Shown here: positions 49,462 to 60,840 of the stretch, one piece after another | Layout: every line of letters begins with the position of its first letter | How positions within the stretch are numbered: position 1 is the first letter of the stretch | NCBI GenBank assembly: GCA_051294905.1 | Contig: CM119374.1 | Span: forward strand, 23,250,001-23,314,000 | Direction: 5' to 3' | Length of the DNA stretch: 64,000 nucleotides | DNA from: Botryllus schlosseri | Taxonomy: Eukaryota | The notes under the pieces: generated by a model | The model's database searches: none | Seen by the model: the letters and a program-made list of their open reading frames with translations, nothing else | What the model was told of the DNA's origin: nothing | Position numbers and translations under genes: made by a program

Positions 49462-50227
49462 ATGTTGAAGCCACTGGAATATTCAAGGATTATATGTTGC
49501 ATAATTCACATAGCCCTTTGTAAAAGAATAGCGGGGCAAGGATTGGGAAATACTTACACCCGAGACATTGACAACAATTTAAATTCTGAGCCCGCGGATC
49601 TCGGAGGCCCGTCTGCGAACGTCTTTAATGAGGCGCATATCCACTTCAAAGGCGAACGCCGCAAGTCACCAATCGGACAGACGCTTGCGGAAGGCGACTA
49701 TTCACACAAACAATACGCAGGATCAAATGGCCCTGTAGCGCACCGCGGCGACCTGCTCGGGAAGGCTGTTTATTCAAGCCTTCGCCATGCAAAAGCACCA
49801 CAGGATCGCAATTCTTCACAACCTCCCAATGAGTCTGAGGCGAATGTTAGCTCGATTCACACGCCTTCGAACTCTTATCCGGAAGCTTTGCCGGGTGTAC
49901 AATATAAAACATTATTTTCCAACCCCGATAACCCGTGGGTCGCAAGACATATGAAAAGCCTCCACAGAACTGGAAGCTTTGCGAGCGTAGAACCTCTACA
50001 CCTCGGCCGTCGGTCACCCCGACAGTGCCCTAAATTGAAGGTCCGTACCGGCGTATCGTTTACGTGTTCCGAAGGGCGTGCGTCCGGATCAACATGCACT
50101 TTGAAATGTCGGAACGGCTTTGTCCTCAGCGGCAGAAGGACTAGGCGTTGCAAGCCGAGAAAACACAGAAAAGCGAAACGCAGAGCTGACCCCCATTGGA
50201 CCGGCAAGAAGGACGACTCCCAATGCC
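49462..50227 (+). CDS. First coding exon of a putative secreted Sushi/CCP-domain protein (downstream exons not identified)
   Basis: ATG is preceded by an acceptor (CACAG|C) and followed by a hydrophobic N-terminus (IICCIIHIALC). A low-complexity region leads to the CCP-like pattern CPKL...TCSEG...STCTLKCRNGFVLSG...RRC...WTG...QC. A phase-1 donor C|GTGAGT lies at 50227. Confidence 0.75.
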
Positions 50228-53200
50228 GTGAGTAATTTTTCTTGAATATTCAATACATAAATTCATCACAAATACAATGATTACCGAGAGTCTCAAAATA
50301 TGGTTCTTGAATCGCTTTTGTGCTTCTCCTTGGCGCTTTCAAGATTAAATCCATCATCAATTGATCACTAAATGCGGTAATATTAACATATTAGCTGCTG
50401 TGCTATCTGATGTGATGTCATTGCATATTTCCTCTTCAAATATACAGAACACGTTACATTGAATGCTAGGCGTTAGATCAGTCCAACTTGCAGATTTTAA
50501 GTGGGTGGAAGATTGATGATGACCGAAATATGATACGAGTGAGTAGTTAGTTATCGTTTTGCGCGGGGTTTCATCGCAAAGCTGGTGAGGATTAGCGAGC
50601 ACTTTTGGAATTATATTTCTGTATTTGCTAAACTTTTGCTTCCTGAAACCCCATAAATGGTATGCTAAATCTGGCTCCTGGATGACGTTTTGGGAAAACT
50701 GTTACAGCTGATCGCCATTAGTTATACGCCTTCTCTTGTATATGATTTATAATCCAACAGTCATTTCCGTCATGTCACGACCATTATTCATAATCAGATT
50801 AAATGGGAATTTACATATAATATATTACAGCGTGCCAAGTATCCTGTAATATATATCAGATAATCTGCACTACGGGGGGGCGTAAAATTCGAAGAATAGC
50901 AATTACCATGTCTTTAGAATCCCGAATCATGACTTATTGCAGGAGTAGCCAAGCTTCGAATTGTATTGGAAAATGTAGCCTTTGTAATATTCTTATCTTG
51001 GAAATCAACCATTAAAGCAATAAGTAACCAAAAACCGCAGTAAGTACGCGCTGATTAGTAGACAAAAGTACTGCATGCTCTTTGTTCGGATTGGGTGGTT
51101 TTGTCAGATAAACATCACTTGGTTAGAAGTCTTATATCCAGAATAGGACATCTTGCTGTGAGTTCAATGCCTTCATTGTAGTGTAGTAATGTTAAAATCG
51201 CTTCTTGTACATGTATATCGCATATCACCATATCACATATCAATAGAAGACGCCAGATACTTTATTTCTAACAGACAGCGATGTCCTTGGTCGCAATTAC
51301 GTTCCAAATCCTGCACGACAGAATTCTTGAATTCCTACCCTCCAAAATTACCCCTTGTGTGCGGATGCCCAGCATGAAGACTGGGTTTGCATGTGCGACA
51401 AACATATATGCGCAATTTCGCAAAATCGCGCTCAGCAACTAAGGTGATATGAATAATCATATGTTTAACGTACAAGCGCAATGCGTATTGGTTGCCGCAA
51501 TGTTCCCTGGCTGCATCCCACATAATAGGCTACCTATACTTTGATGAACCTTATGACAGTCATTACTTCGGAAAAACGCCGCTCGCGTAACATGGTATTG
51601 AAAACAGTAGGGTTTGTTAGACGTAGTGATATACAAGTTCTCATAGTCGGTTCTGCTAATGTTATTGTGACCTACTGCCATGGCACGTGTCGCGAAATAG
51701 AGATATTTGCGAAAGGTGCGCGAAGTCATTCATCCACGCAACCGCCGACTGACCTTGGTATTGTAAAGTGGGATTTGGCAGGTGAAAAATAGGTTGATCC
51801 CGGTACATGAAAGAAAGCCAGGTATATTATGCTGGGATTGTCTGCCCCGTGACAGCTGGGCATCTGTTCTCGTGGTGATTCAAGTCTGGGTGAAGCGAAC
51901 CGCGATTCGTAGCTGTAACCCGGTCACAGAAATCTGAAGTCGATTAATGACAGTCAGGCGAATTTCAATGTTGTCTGCATAGACATTGTGAATTAATGAA
52001 AACAACTGAGAATGGATGAGTGAATTCCTGTATTTGTGGGATCCATGTTGTACAGACAGCTGTTGGTCACTTTACCGCTCCCACCGAATGCCTAGTTATT
52101 GACCAAAATATACATCCAGACAGCGCAGTAGGCCGTGATTTGACAGTAACGAGACCGCTGTGACGTCATAATTTGCGCGGCGTAACACTCGAAATCATCA
52201 CATGTTATCGAAAAAAATCGTTCAAAATAGCCCAATCTTGCGACAATCGATATACGGAAGCGAAACACCTTGATTATACCATGACATCTCGCTGTGTTTC
52301 ACCATTCAGAACAAATTGCATGGTTAGGGAGTTATTATGACTGGTAGGTATACATATCGGTTTGATTCATTTGAAACAAATATTGTAATTATATCCCTAT
52401 TATAAATTGATATGAGTATCACAGCCCGTTGTGTCCTTGTCCACTAATGTCCAGCTCCATATCACCTGTGGTACGTTCAATAATAATTTCTGTGATCTGA
52501 ATGGTAATGGTGTGGGTATGCACTTCACCATGATTGCATTGATCAAGTCACACTGTAACAGCGATTATACGGGGCATGACGGGGCACTGTTTTAGAATTG
52601 TAATAACATAATATTAATGTGATTGCAGAACCCTGTTATATATGCTATACGGACTGAGCGCTGTGGCAATTCTGCTGGGCCGCGCGGTCAGGTCACACGA
52701 CGATGAATGTCCCATGTTTTCGAAGCGCTTCAAATTCCTGAATTCTCGCTGTAAACCTCCCGAGACGATCAATATTTGTCGTGCGTTTCTCGGTAATGAA
52801 AGTATTGTCAACTTCTTAACACGCACTGGCACGTGAAGCGAATTACGATTTCGCGAGTTGATGAATTGGCGACGCAGACGCGCTGGTGTGTGTCGTGTAA
52901 ATTGTGATATCACAGATAGGTGCGGTGGAATTCGTTGGGGAGTGTTTTGAATGGATAGAGATACGAAATATGTCAACATCTTTACCGTGGAACACAAACG
53001 TGAGTCGGCGGATCTGTCACGTTCTTAATCGCGCGATAAGATAAACGCTGATTGCGAGCCCTTGAGTACACGCTGGTTAGGTGAAATATTTCCGTGCGGG
53101 TACCGCATGGGGCAAATATTTCAAGGTCCCAAACCTTCACATTGAATCATATCACTGCTTTCTCGTATTTCATTGATAAATACACGGACGAAGTTCTTGA

Positions 53201-53862
53201 ATAAATGTTTTATAATTTGATTCCTGGCTTTGAATGTTTCGCGTCCGTCGACATTCTAACGTTACTGCTCACGGATTTGGGATATAAACCCTCACATTGA
53301 TAGCATTTAACAATAAACGCCATCCATAATTTCGATCCCGCAAACTGTTGATTCGAGGGACAGGGCGATTCATTTTTACCTTATACGATTCGGATACATT
53401 CTATTACGCCGTTTTGTCGTTTGTTTGAGCAAGCATGGTGTCACAAAACCATCGTATCAACTCTATCTTTGGCTAAGCTCCTTCGTTTATTCAAAGCATA
53501 TTTATTTAGTGTACCAGGAAATTTCAAGAAATTCCGCGCAGGTTTCTGCTCTGCGGGATGTTTTGCTGTTGTTGGTGCGTTTTAGCTGTCTCTGGTTGAT
53601 AAGATTTATGATAACTATGCATTAATGGTATTAACTATTAATGATTCATAATAACATCGTTATATCATAAATCTTTAACAGACGGATTCTAAAACCGTTG
53701 GGGCGGTTTGTGTTGGGTGTGTGGCGAAGTCGTATCGGTAGCATCCCGTTTGCCCTGATTCATCCAAATCCATATAAACTGCATACTATAGCAAGTGCCG
53801 TTTATGGCGTGTTTGACGTATGGGCCGTTAAATTCGCCGGTAAATATAAATCAGGTCACAAC

Positions 53863-54372
53863 TAGGGCTGGGCAAAATCGAGTACCTGAGTGATTCGATT
53901 CTGAATCACGTATTATGCTTCGAGTCGAGTATTCGAGTATCACTCATTATGACGTCATAACGGAATGCCATATGTCCTAGCTCAAATATGTACCTTTTAT
54001 ACCACCACAAAGAATATAATACCTGTTATGCATCACGTTAAAGATACTTTGGTATATTTTCGACTATACCGATTCCATTGCACTTCGTGACAATGTTGCA
54101 AGATGATCATGACTTCAGAAATATGTTATTTCCAGTAAGGCTCGTAGCTTTGTACTAGGTTTCGTTTGCTGTGATAGGCCAGTCAAGGTTTCAAGGCTTC
54201 CGCGTTGGAAAATGGGTATCGAAATCACAATTCTAGTTGATAAATTAACTTGCAGTGGCGAGGAGCATTTAATTTCAGTACTCGAAAAAATCGTCTTTTA
54301 CTACTCGACTCGAATCATTAAAATTATTGCTCGATTCAGATTCGAGTACTCGAATCATTGTGCCCAGCCCTA
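53863..54372. mobile_element. hAT MITE, TAGGGCTGGGC family, second copy
   Basis: Perfect TSD GTCACAAC (53855-53862 and 54373-54380). Reverse-complement homolog of 26510-27025. Confidence 0.93.
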
Positions 54373-57223
54373 GTCACAACTATATCCCAATCCATATCCA
54401 ATCGGAATCCGCTACTATGCTTTGTTATGACTCTCAAGTGAGGGGGTGCATTGAATATATGCATGCCTGTTCGTTCAATGTTCAGGCATCTTCCAATAAG
54501 TCTTCGGGTAACCTCGAAACAATATGCATAATATGCTCGGAGAAATATACTCATAAGGTGCGGTCATCGTTTCGCTATGGTAATTTCCAATTCCAATATA
54601 TATCCTGAATAGAATATACAGGACCTTCAATTCACGAATGCACATTGCACATGCACAGTTTCTTCCAATAAGGCATGTTACATTTCCTATCAACACCCGA
54701 CACGTGTATAGCAAACTCCAAGAAAATGTATTTTATTGTTATTCAAGAACTGTTTACAACCACCTCAGTAAAAATTTGATCTGAGCAAACGTGTTTGTGA
54801 GCTCATGGGCTATATCTATCCACAGCGTTATTTTCATTTATTGTTATTGATTGATTGTTAGAGGTTAAAGTTCGCTTTGTCTGTATCCATAGATAACATG
54901 TTATCCTATATGAGGCAAATATTATTCGTCTTTGATATAACAATATTAATTTCGATATAGTATTATCGAGATGTGACAATAGACATATTTTGAACGAAAA
55001 ATCAAAATGCTAAAGATTTCCATGGTCTACGTGCGTCACATTTCGCAGCAGAATTTGCAAGCAGTCTGTATCCATATACAGCATTCGTCCACTCGGGCTA
55101 TCTGTTCCAAATTAGAACAAATTAATACCTTTAGAGGCGATAGAGCTATTCAGGGCACCAGCGAAATGATGGCCGAACACGGTTATTAAGCTCAACTTTG
55201 CTTCACTTGTGGCTCAAATTAAATATATTTTGCTCTTCATGTCGCGGTATCTCCACCACCGACGTGCCCATTATTAATTCCAAAATGGATAGTGCTATGA
55301 AGTCCTGTAAATATGCGGGTCAATTATACTTAAAGTTCGATTCGATATCGTAACTGCGCGCCAGATGCGGGGGATTACTGCCGATTCGCTGGCGATTTCT
55401 GTGTAAATTTATCAAAGACTGAACCTATCGAATTCCTGTGTATACAATCCTTTCCCCAATGAACGGTTGAATATTTAATATCAAGCCAACGATTGATGTT
55501 ATACATTCGACAATCACACGCAAAATAAAAGCAACCTTTACGGGCTAATCTTGTTGTCAAAATAACAAGCAATTTTGCTTTCAATGTTTTCGCGGATATG
55601 TAGTGAATACAATTCGACTTTGAAGTTACGAACAATCAAGTTGTGCCGCTTTTGTTATCTCGTCACACTCATTGACTTAAACTCCGCTTCACACCATTCG
55701 TAGGTGTGGCTAGTGACAAGTATTACATTCAATGATCGATTTAATACATTTCTCACCGATCGCTTGGGTCCTTTAGACGGGCTTCTATACCATGAACGAA
55801 AGTATCGTCTATTGTTATATAGATGGATGTGTGAGACAAAATACATTGATGTCATACAGGGAAGGTTACAACAACGCTTGGGAATAGGCTCTATGTTATA
55901 CGCCCGCGCGTTTCATGTTTTCCATGTACAGCACAGCTCGATAAATTAGAACCTTGCGTGCTTGCTGTGTTGATATTATATCTGTCAGATTATCTCTGTC
56001 GACCCACATGAATGCGGAAACGGCTCATAATCCGAGGAAGGTCGTACGGTGGCGTGCGTCGCACTTAATGCTCTCTAATTGCGCGGAGCACTTGAAATTA
56101 ATGCTTTTGGGGAAAAGTTGCGGAATTTCAACTATGTTTTTGCCGATATTTCTCTCAAAATTGTCTGTTTTTATTCGGCCTATTGGAGCCGGGCTTTTTT
56201 GTTGGCGACAGCAGATCGAGACGATTATTCGCGTATTGAATTTCCGAACCAGGACGATAATGGTATGCTTGCCGTAGATATATGTTTGGGCGTGCGGACT
56301 ACAGACACGCAATACTTGGACGCAATAAATACTGTGCTATAAACGTGTTGATTTATTAACGTTGATACCTGACGAAAAATATATATTGTGATCGTATCGA
56401 GCAATTGTGTTCTCTGTGGAAACCATAGGTCCTTTTAAATTTCTATTATTAGCGTTGGTGGGCGCGTGTATCCATTTTGGATTGCACCAATTACGGTACT
56501 TAGATCGTGACGTCGTTGGTATCGTAATATCACCTTGGAAGTGTGGCATTCGATTTTCAGGGAAAAGACACTCTACGCCCTAGATTGCCATATATATCAT
56601 GTATCGGAATTACGGGATAACAGTTCCGGTCAAACTAACTAAATGATTGTCGGTTCAAATTGTGACCCTGCGCGTTCTGGTTCGATATTCGTTACGATAT
56701 TTACAAAAATATCAATGTCTGTCATTTGTAGAAACGTTGAAACGCGTAAACCCACGAATCGGTTTCAGAGCTGACCATTAGAATATGTACCCCAGCGAAT
56801 ATGCGGAACTACATTGCTTGACCTCTACAGTTTTATTTGATATCAAAGACTCCTCCAAGTAATTTATTGATTTCAAAGACAACTCAAAGTCGCTTCGACA
56901 TTTAGTATCTTTTCATTGTATCGCAGGCGTTTTGAAATGTTGAAGTTACTAATAAACAGCTACTAATGCTGATACAGTCAACACGTTCAACTACTATGCC
57001 ATCCTGAATGTGAAAAAATCCCTGTGTTCACCAGTATAGACTGGTGACCTGATATGCACGAAATTCATGATAATGAAAATGTGTGCAAATTCAACGTTTC
57101 TATTTGAAAAAGATGAGCCGTGGTATCGGCTTCTCGTGAATTTTAGCGGAACACGATATGGTCGCTTACTAGCCAGGTCGTCAGTGGGACAGGCACGGAA
57201 CCCACCACCATGATAACTTAGAG

Positions 57224-58319
57224 CAGGGGTGACCAACCTGCGGTCGTATAAGGAAATTCGTGCGGCCGTGGACACGTAATTCAAATAGTATGTGTTGGCG
57301 GCCGTTGACATGCAATTTGAATTTACGAATTTACTCTCGGTTCCCTGAGAATTTTAATTATTTCTGAAATTTTCTTGGCGCTGCGCGCGATTCAATATGA
57401 CATCAGTTTTCGATTTTAATATAGTAGCGCCATTGCAAATAAATTCCAACAGTACAGATGCGAACAACAGATGAAAATGGTGCGCCTCACATAGAAGTAT
57501 AAACTCGGAATCGTGTGCTCCTCCCTACACCGACAATCTTGATGGGAGGTCAAGAAATAGCAGCATGCAAAAAATGGCCCAGCCGAAGATGCATCATCAA
57601 TTCATCATTTATAACTTGCCCCAAATTTTCGAAATCACCCTCTCCATCAACTCTACCGGTGAATCTGAGCACATGTGCTGAGAAGGGGTAAATGTTTGAT
57701 AGTAATATGTAAAACTACTAATATTAATGACGAAATTCATCAGTGAATATGGAAAAATTTGCGCGCCTAGCGCGACTATTAACATTCCCTAGTATGACCA
57801 CCAGTGACCACTATCCACTCGCGATTTCCGTGCATATAATTCAGTGGTTCTCAAACTGGGGAACGCGCTCAACCGTTTCGCGCGATTTACTTCCACCTCA
57901 TCTTTATTGCTCAGTCCGGGGCCTACGATACTCAAGTCCCAGCTCAGTCTATTGTCCTAATTTAATATTTGAGAATTAACCTTCAATGTCATCAAACTAT
58001 CCGTTGGGATTGCTAGCATTGTGATTGCTCTCTTTGACATTTCGTGATATCACGATAAGGGGGGCGCGAAATTTTTCGCTATCATAAAGGGGGGCGTGTC
58101 TAAAAAATTTGCGAACCACTGGTATAGTTGTAGTTAGACTATATGATGAAATAAATTAGTCCGGAATGTACCGGAAATGGACATGGTCATAGTTTAACAT
58201 GGGTATTTGGCGTACAGCTAGTCCATCACGACTGTACCTTGGAATGCGGCCGTAGGCTACATGAGTAGTCGAAATGCGGCCGTGAATGGCAAAAAGGTTG
58301 GCCACCCCCGCCACCCCTG
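57224..58319. mobile_element. Buster-type hAT MITE with a nested 280-bp MITE (57842-58121)
   Basis: Termini CAGGGGTGACCAACCT...AGGTTGGCCACCCCCGCCACCCCTG with a perfect TSD ACTTAGAG. The nested CAGTGGTTCTCAA...GAACCACTG element has a 6/8 TSD. Confidence 0.88.
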
Positions 58320-58334
58320 ACTTAGAGCTATAGA

Positions 58335-58812
58335 GCACTCGAATCTGGATCGAATAATATTTCTAAAGATTCGATGCAGTGTGAGATGACTTTCGAGTAC
58401 TGAAATTATACTTTCCTTGCCATTAAGAAGTAATTTATCAACAAGAATTATACAGTTTCGATGCTATTTTCCACTATGGAAGGCTGTTCTGCACATTTCG
58501 ATTGGTCGCAGCATAGTAAGCATACCAAGCATGTAGTAGAAAGCTACGCACGTTAGTGGAAGGACATATCTCAGTTATGTGAAGTCGTGACCGACCTACC
58601 TACAGCATTTGTCATAAAGCGCAATGAAATAGGCATGGTTGAAAAACTGCTATTGTCGTTATGTGGTGTAGAAACTGGAATAATGTTCTTTGTGATCGCA
58701 TAAAAGGTACGGGTACAGGCACTATATTACTGTACAGTACATATATGAACTTCCAGCATCATTCATACTGTGTGACATCATAATAAATGATACTCGAATT
58801 CTCGACCCGACC
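58335..58812. mobile_element. Diverged, TIR-less copy of the TAGGGCTGGGC MITE family
   Basis: CTCGAATC...TTCGAGTACTGAAATTAT...TTTCCACT...ATAATAAATGATACTCGA is colinear with 26530-26960. Confidence 0.7.
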
Positions 58813-60721
58813 AGCGTCTCGCGTCGTACGAATATCATCTACCGTGATTTTAGAATAGTGAATCGTGTTTAGATTTGTTATCTCAGATCTCTGAGTGATG
58901 TAATAGTTATCCCATGAACCGAGCCTTCATGTCTAGTAATATGTTGGTACAAGCAACGCGTGGTATTGTTTCTATGTCACGGCAGGTTGTTAATCGGTGT
59001 ATTTTCCTGTCGGGGTACTTTGTAAATGTAGTAGTTAATTAAACGATTGTGTGCACTCTTGTATGGGAAAGACATTTTCGACGTATTAATTCACACCACC
59101 CTGTTCTGGAAGGAAGAAGTTTATCGTGGGAGATAAAATATGTAGGATGACAAATTTGACGTATAGTCTCTCCGTAATCGTCGCAGTGGCCAAAATTCCA
59201 GACTTGGGCATGTCAACAGAATTGGACACTGGACAGTAACACCACACTTAATGGCCTGTAAATACTTTACGTGCGCTCTATGTGATTGACTGATTTCGAC
59301 TACACATCATAATCGCGCGGTGCTCTGTGATTTCTGAGACGGGGCCTACGATAACTGAGTCTGAGAATTTCCCTTTTGACTTCAATAATACCGAAGTAAG
59401 TTATACTTGTGACTCCTTGGGTAGAGTATTCTCTGGGATTTATGTCGTCGCTTGAATAAAACAAGTCTAACAAGAGTATTTACTTCACTTTCAAAGTGTA
59501 TACGTATAACATGCTTATTGCAGTTTGCTTGTAAGTTGACGAACTAAAATTATTCATAGAATATATTGCGCAGAATGACACTAGTGCTTTGGTGCAAGCC
59601 TTGGAAACCCTACATCTGCACCTTCCTTGTCCAGCGGTATGCACACCATGCATTCGTGGTATGCATATGCAATACACATATCGTGTGTATTGTATATATA
59701 TCATGAGTCGGTGTGTATGCCGCAAGAACATCAATTACAGAAATACATAACGTATCATCATCAACACAAAACACCAGCCTCCTCTATACAAAATGCAGTT
59801 AACCGCAGTACGTGATCTCAGCAACGACGAATTGATAACTACGGCGAGTTGGTGACAGGTTTACCAACATTAGGCACTGTGTTGTTTGATCCATCATCGA
59901 AAATATTTTTCAAGTATTCTCCCGCGAGAGCTTTGGTGTTGGTAGCCTATATCCGTTGTCGTATTCCCACGCTACTTAAAAACACACTCGCATAGTACAC
60001 TATTAGTGATCGCCCAATTATTAGTTTATCACTAATGACAGCCAGATTCATGTAATTACGTTACGAACGTCTTGGTTTTCTTGTCGAAACGTGTCGCGCG
60101 TGACTCATTATTCGGTTTTGTAAAAACATAGGAACGAGTGTTGTGAAATAATTACTTACAGTATTTGCGGTACCAACATAAATGAAATACAATGATGTAG
60201 ATGTTGACGGATCACTAATAGCTTAGTGACGCTTAGAAATGAGCGTCTAGTCAGTTTTGTGTGGGAACACGGAAATGGTCGATTCATATACGAATGTCGA
60301 ATGTCTGATCCGCAAGCCTGCTCAAGGAGCAGTACTCATTACGTGGTAAATACAGAATTTAATCTGCTTTACTATACTACGCGAACCGACATGCCTCCAT
60401 TTACGTTGAAATCCAATCGATCAAAGTCAGCCCGATAATGAATATCACTACCAATTCTCCTGAAGTTGTAACCTTGACGCATCACGTCGTAGGAGTGGCT
60501 AGAAGTGGCCTGTTGGCTTACGTGACTGCTGGGATTAAATTCCCAGAAATTACGTAAGTAAGGGGCCATTCACAAAGTCATAGCCTGTTTTACCTGCAAT
60601 ATATCTGCGTTTTCGGAAAGACAAATTGGCACGGGACTTTTGTTCTCTGGAGACCAAGGCATATGCCACTTTCCAACATGCACGTGATCGGAATAGTAAA
60701 TCGCGTGTGGACATTGGACGA

Positions 60722-60840
60722 GTTCAGTTCAGTTTATTATTAAAATTTCATCATTTCAATACACCACAAGTTTGCGATACAATGAAGAGATAGGAAAGTG
60801 TCGAAACGACTTGAAGTGGTCTTCAAGATCAGACACCCAG
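60722..60840 (-). mobile_element. 3' tail of the second LINE family, copy 3
   Basis: Matches 21700-21815 (TGCGATACAATGAA-AGATAGGAAAGTGTCGAAACGACTT...AGATCAGACACCC). The minus strand ends in AATAAA plus (CTGAA)n. Confidence 0.8.
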
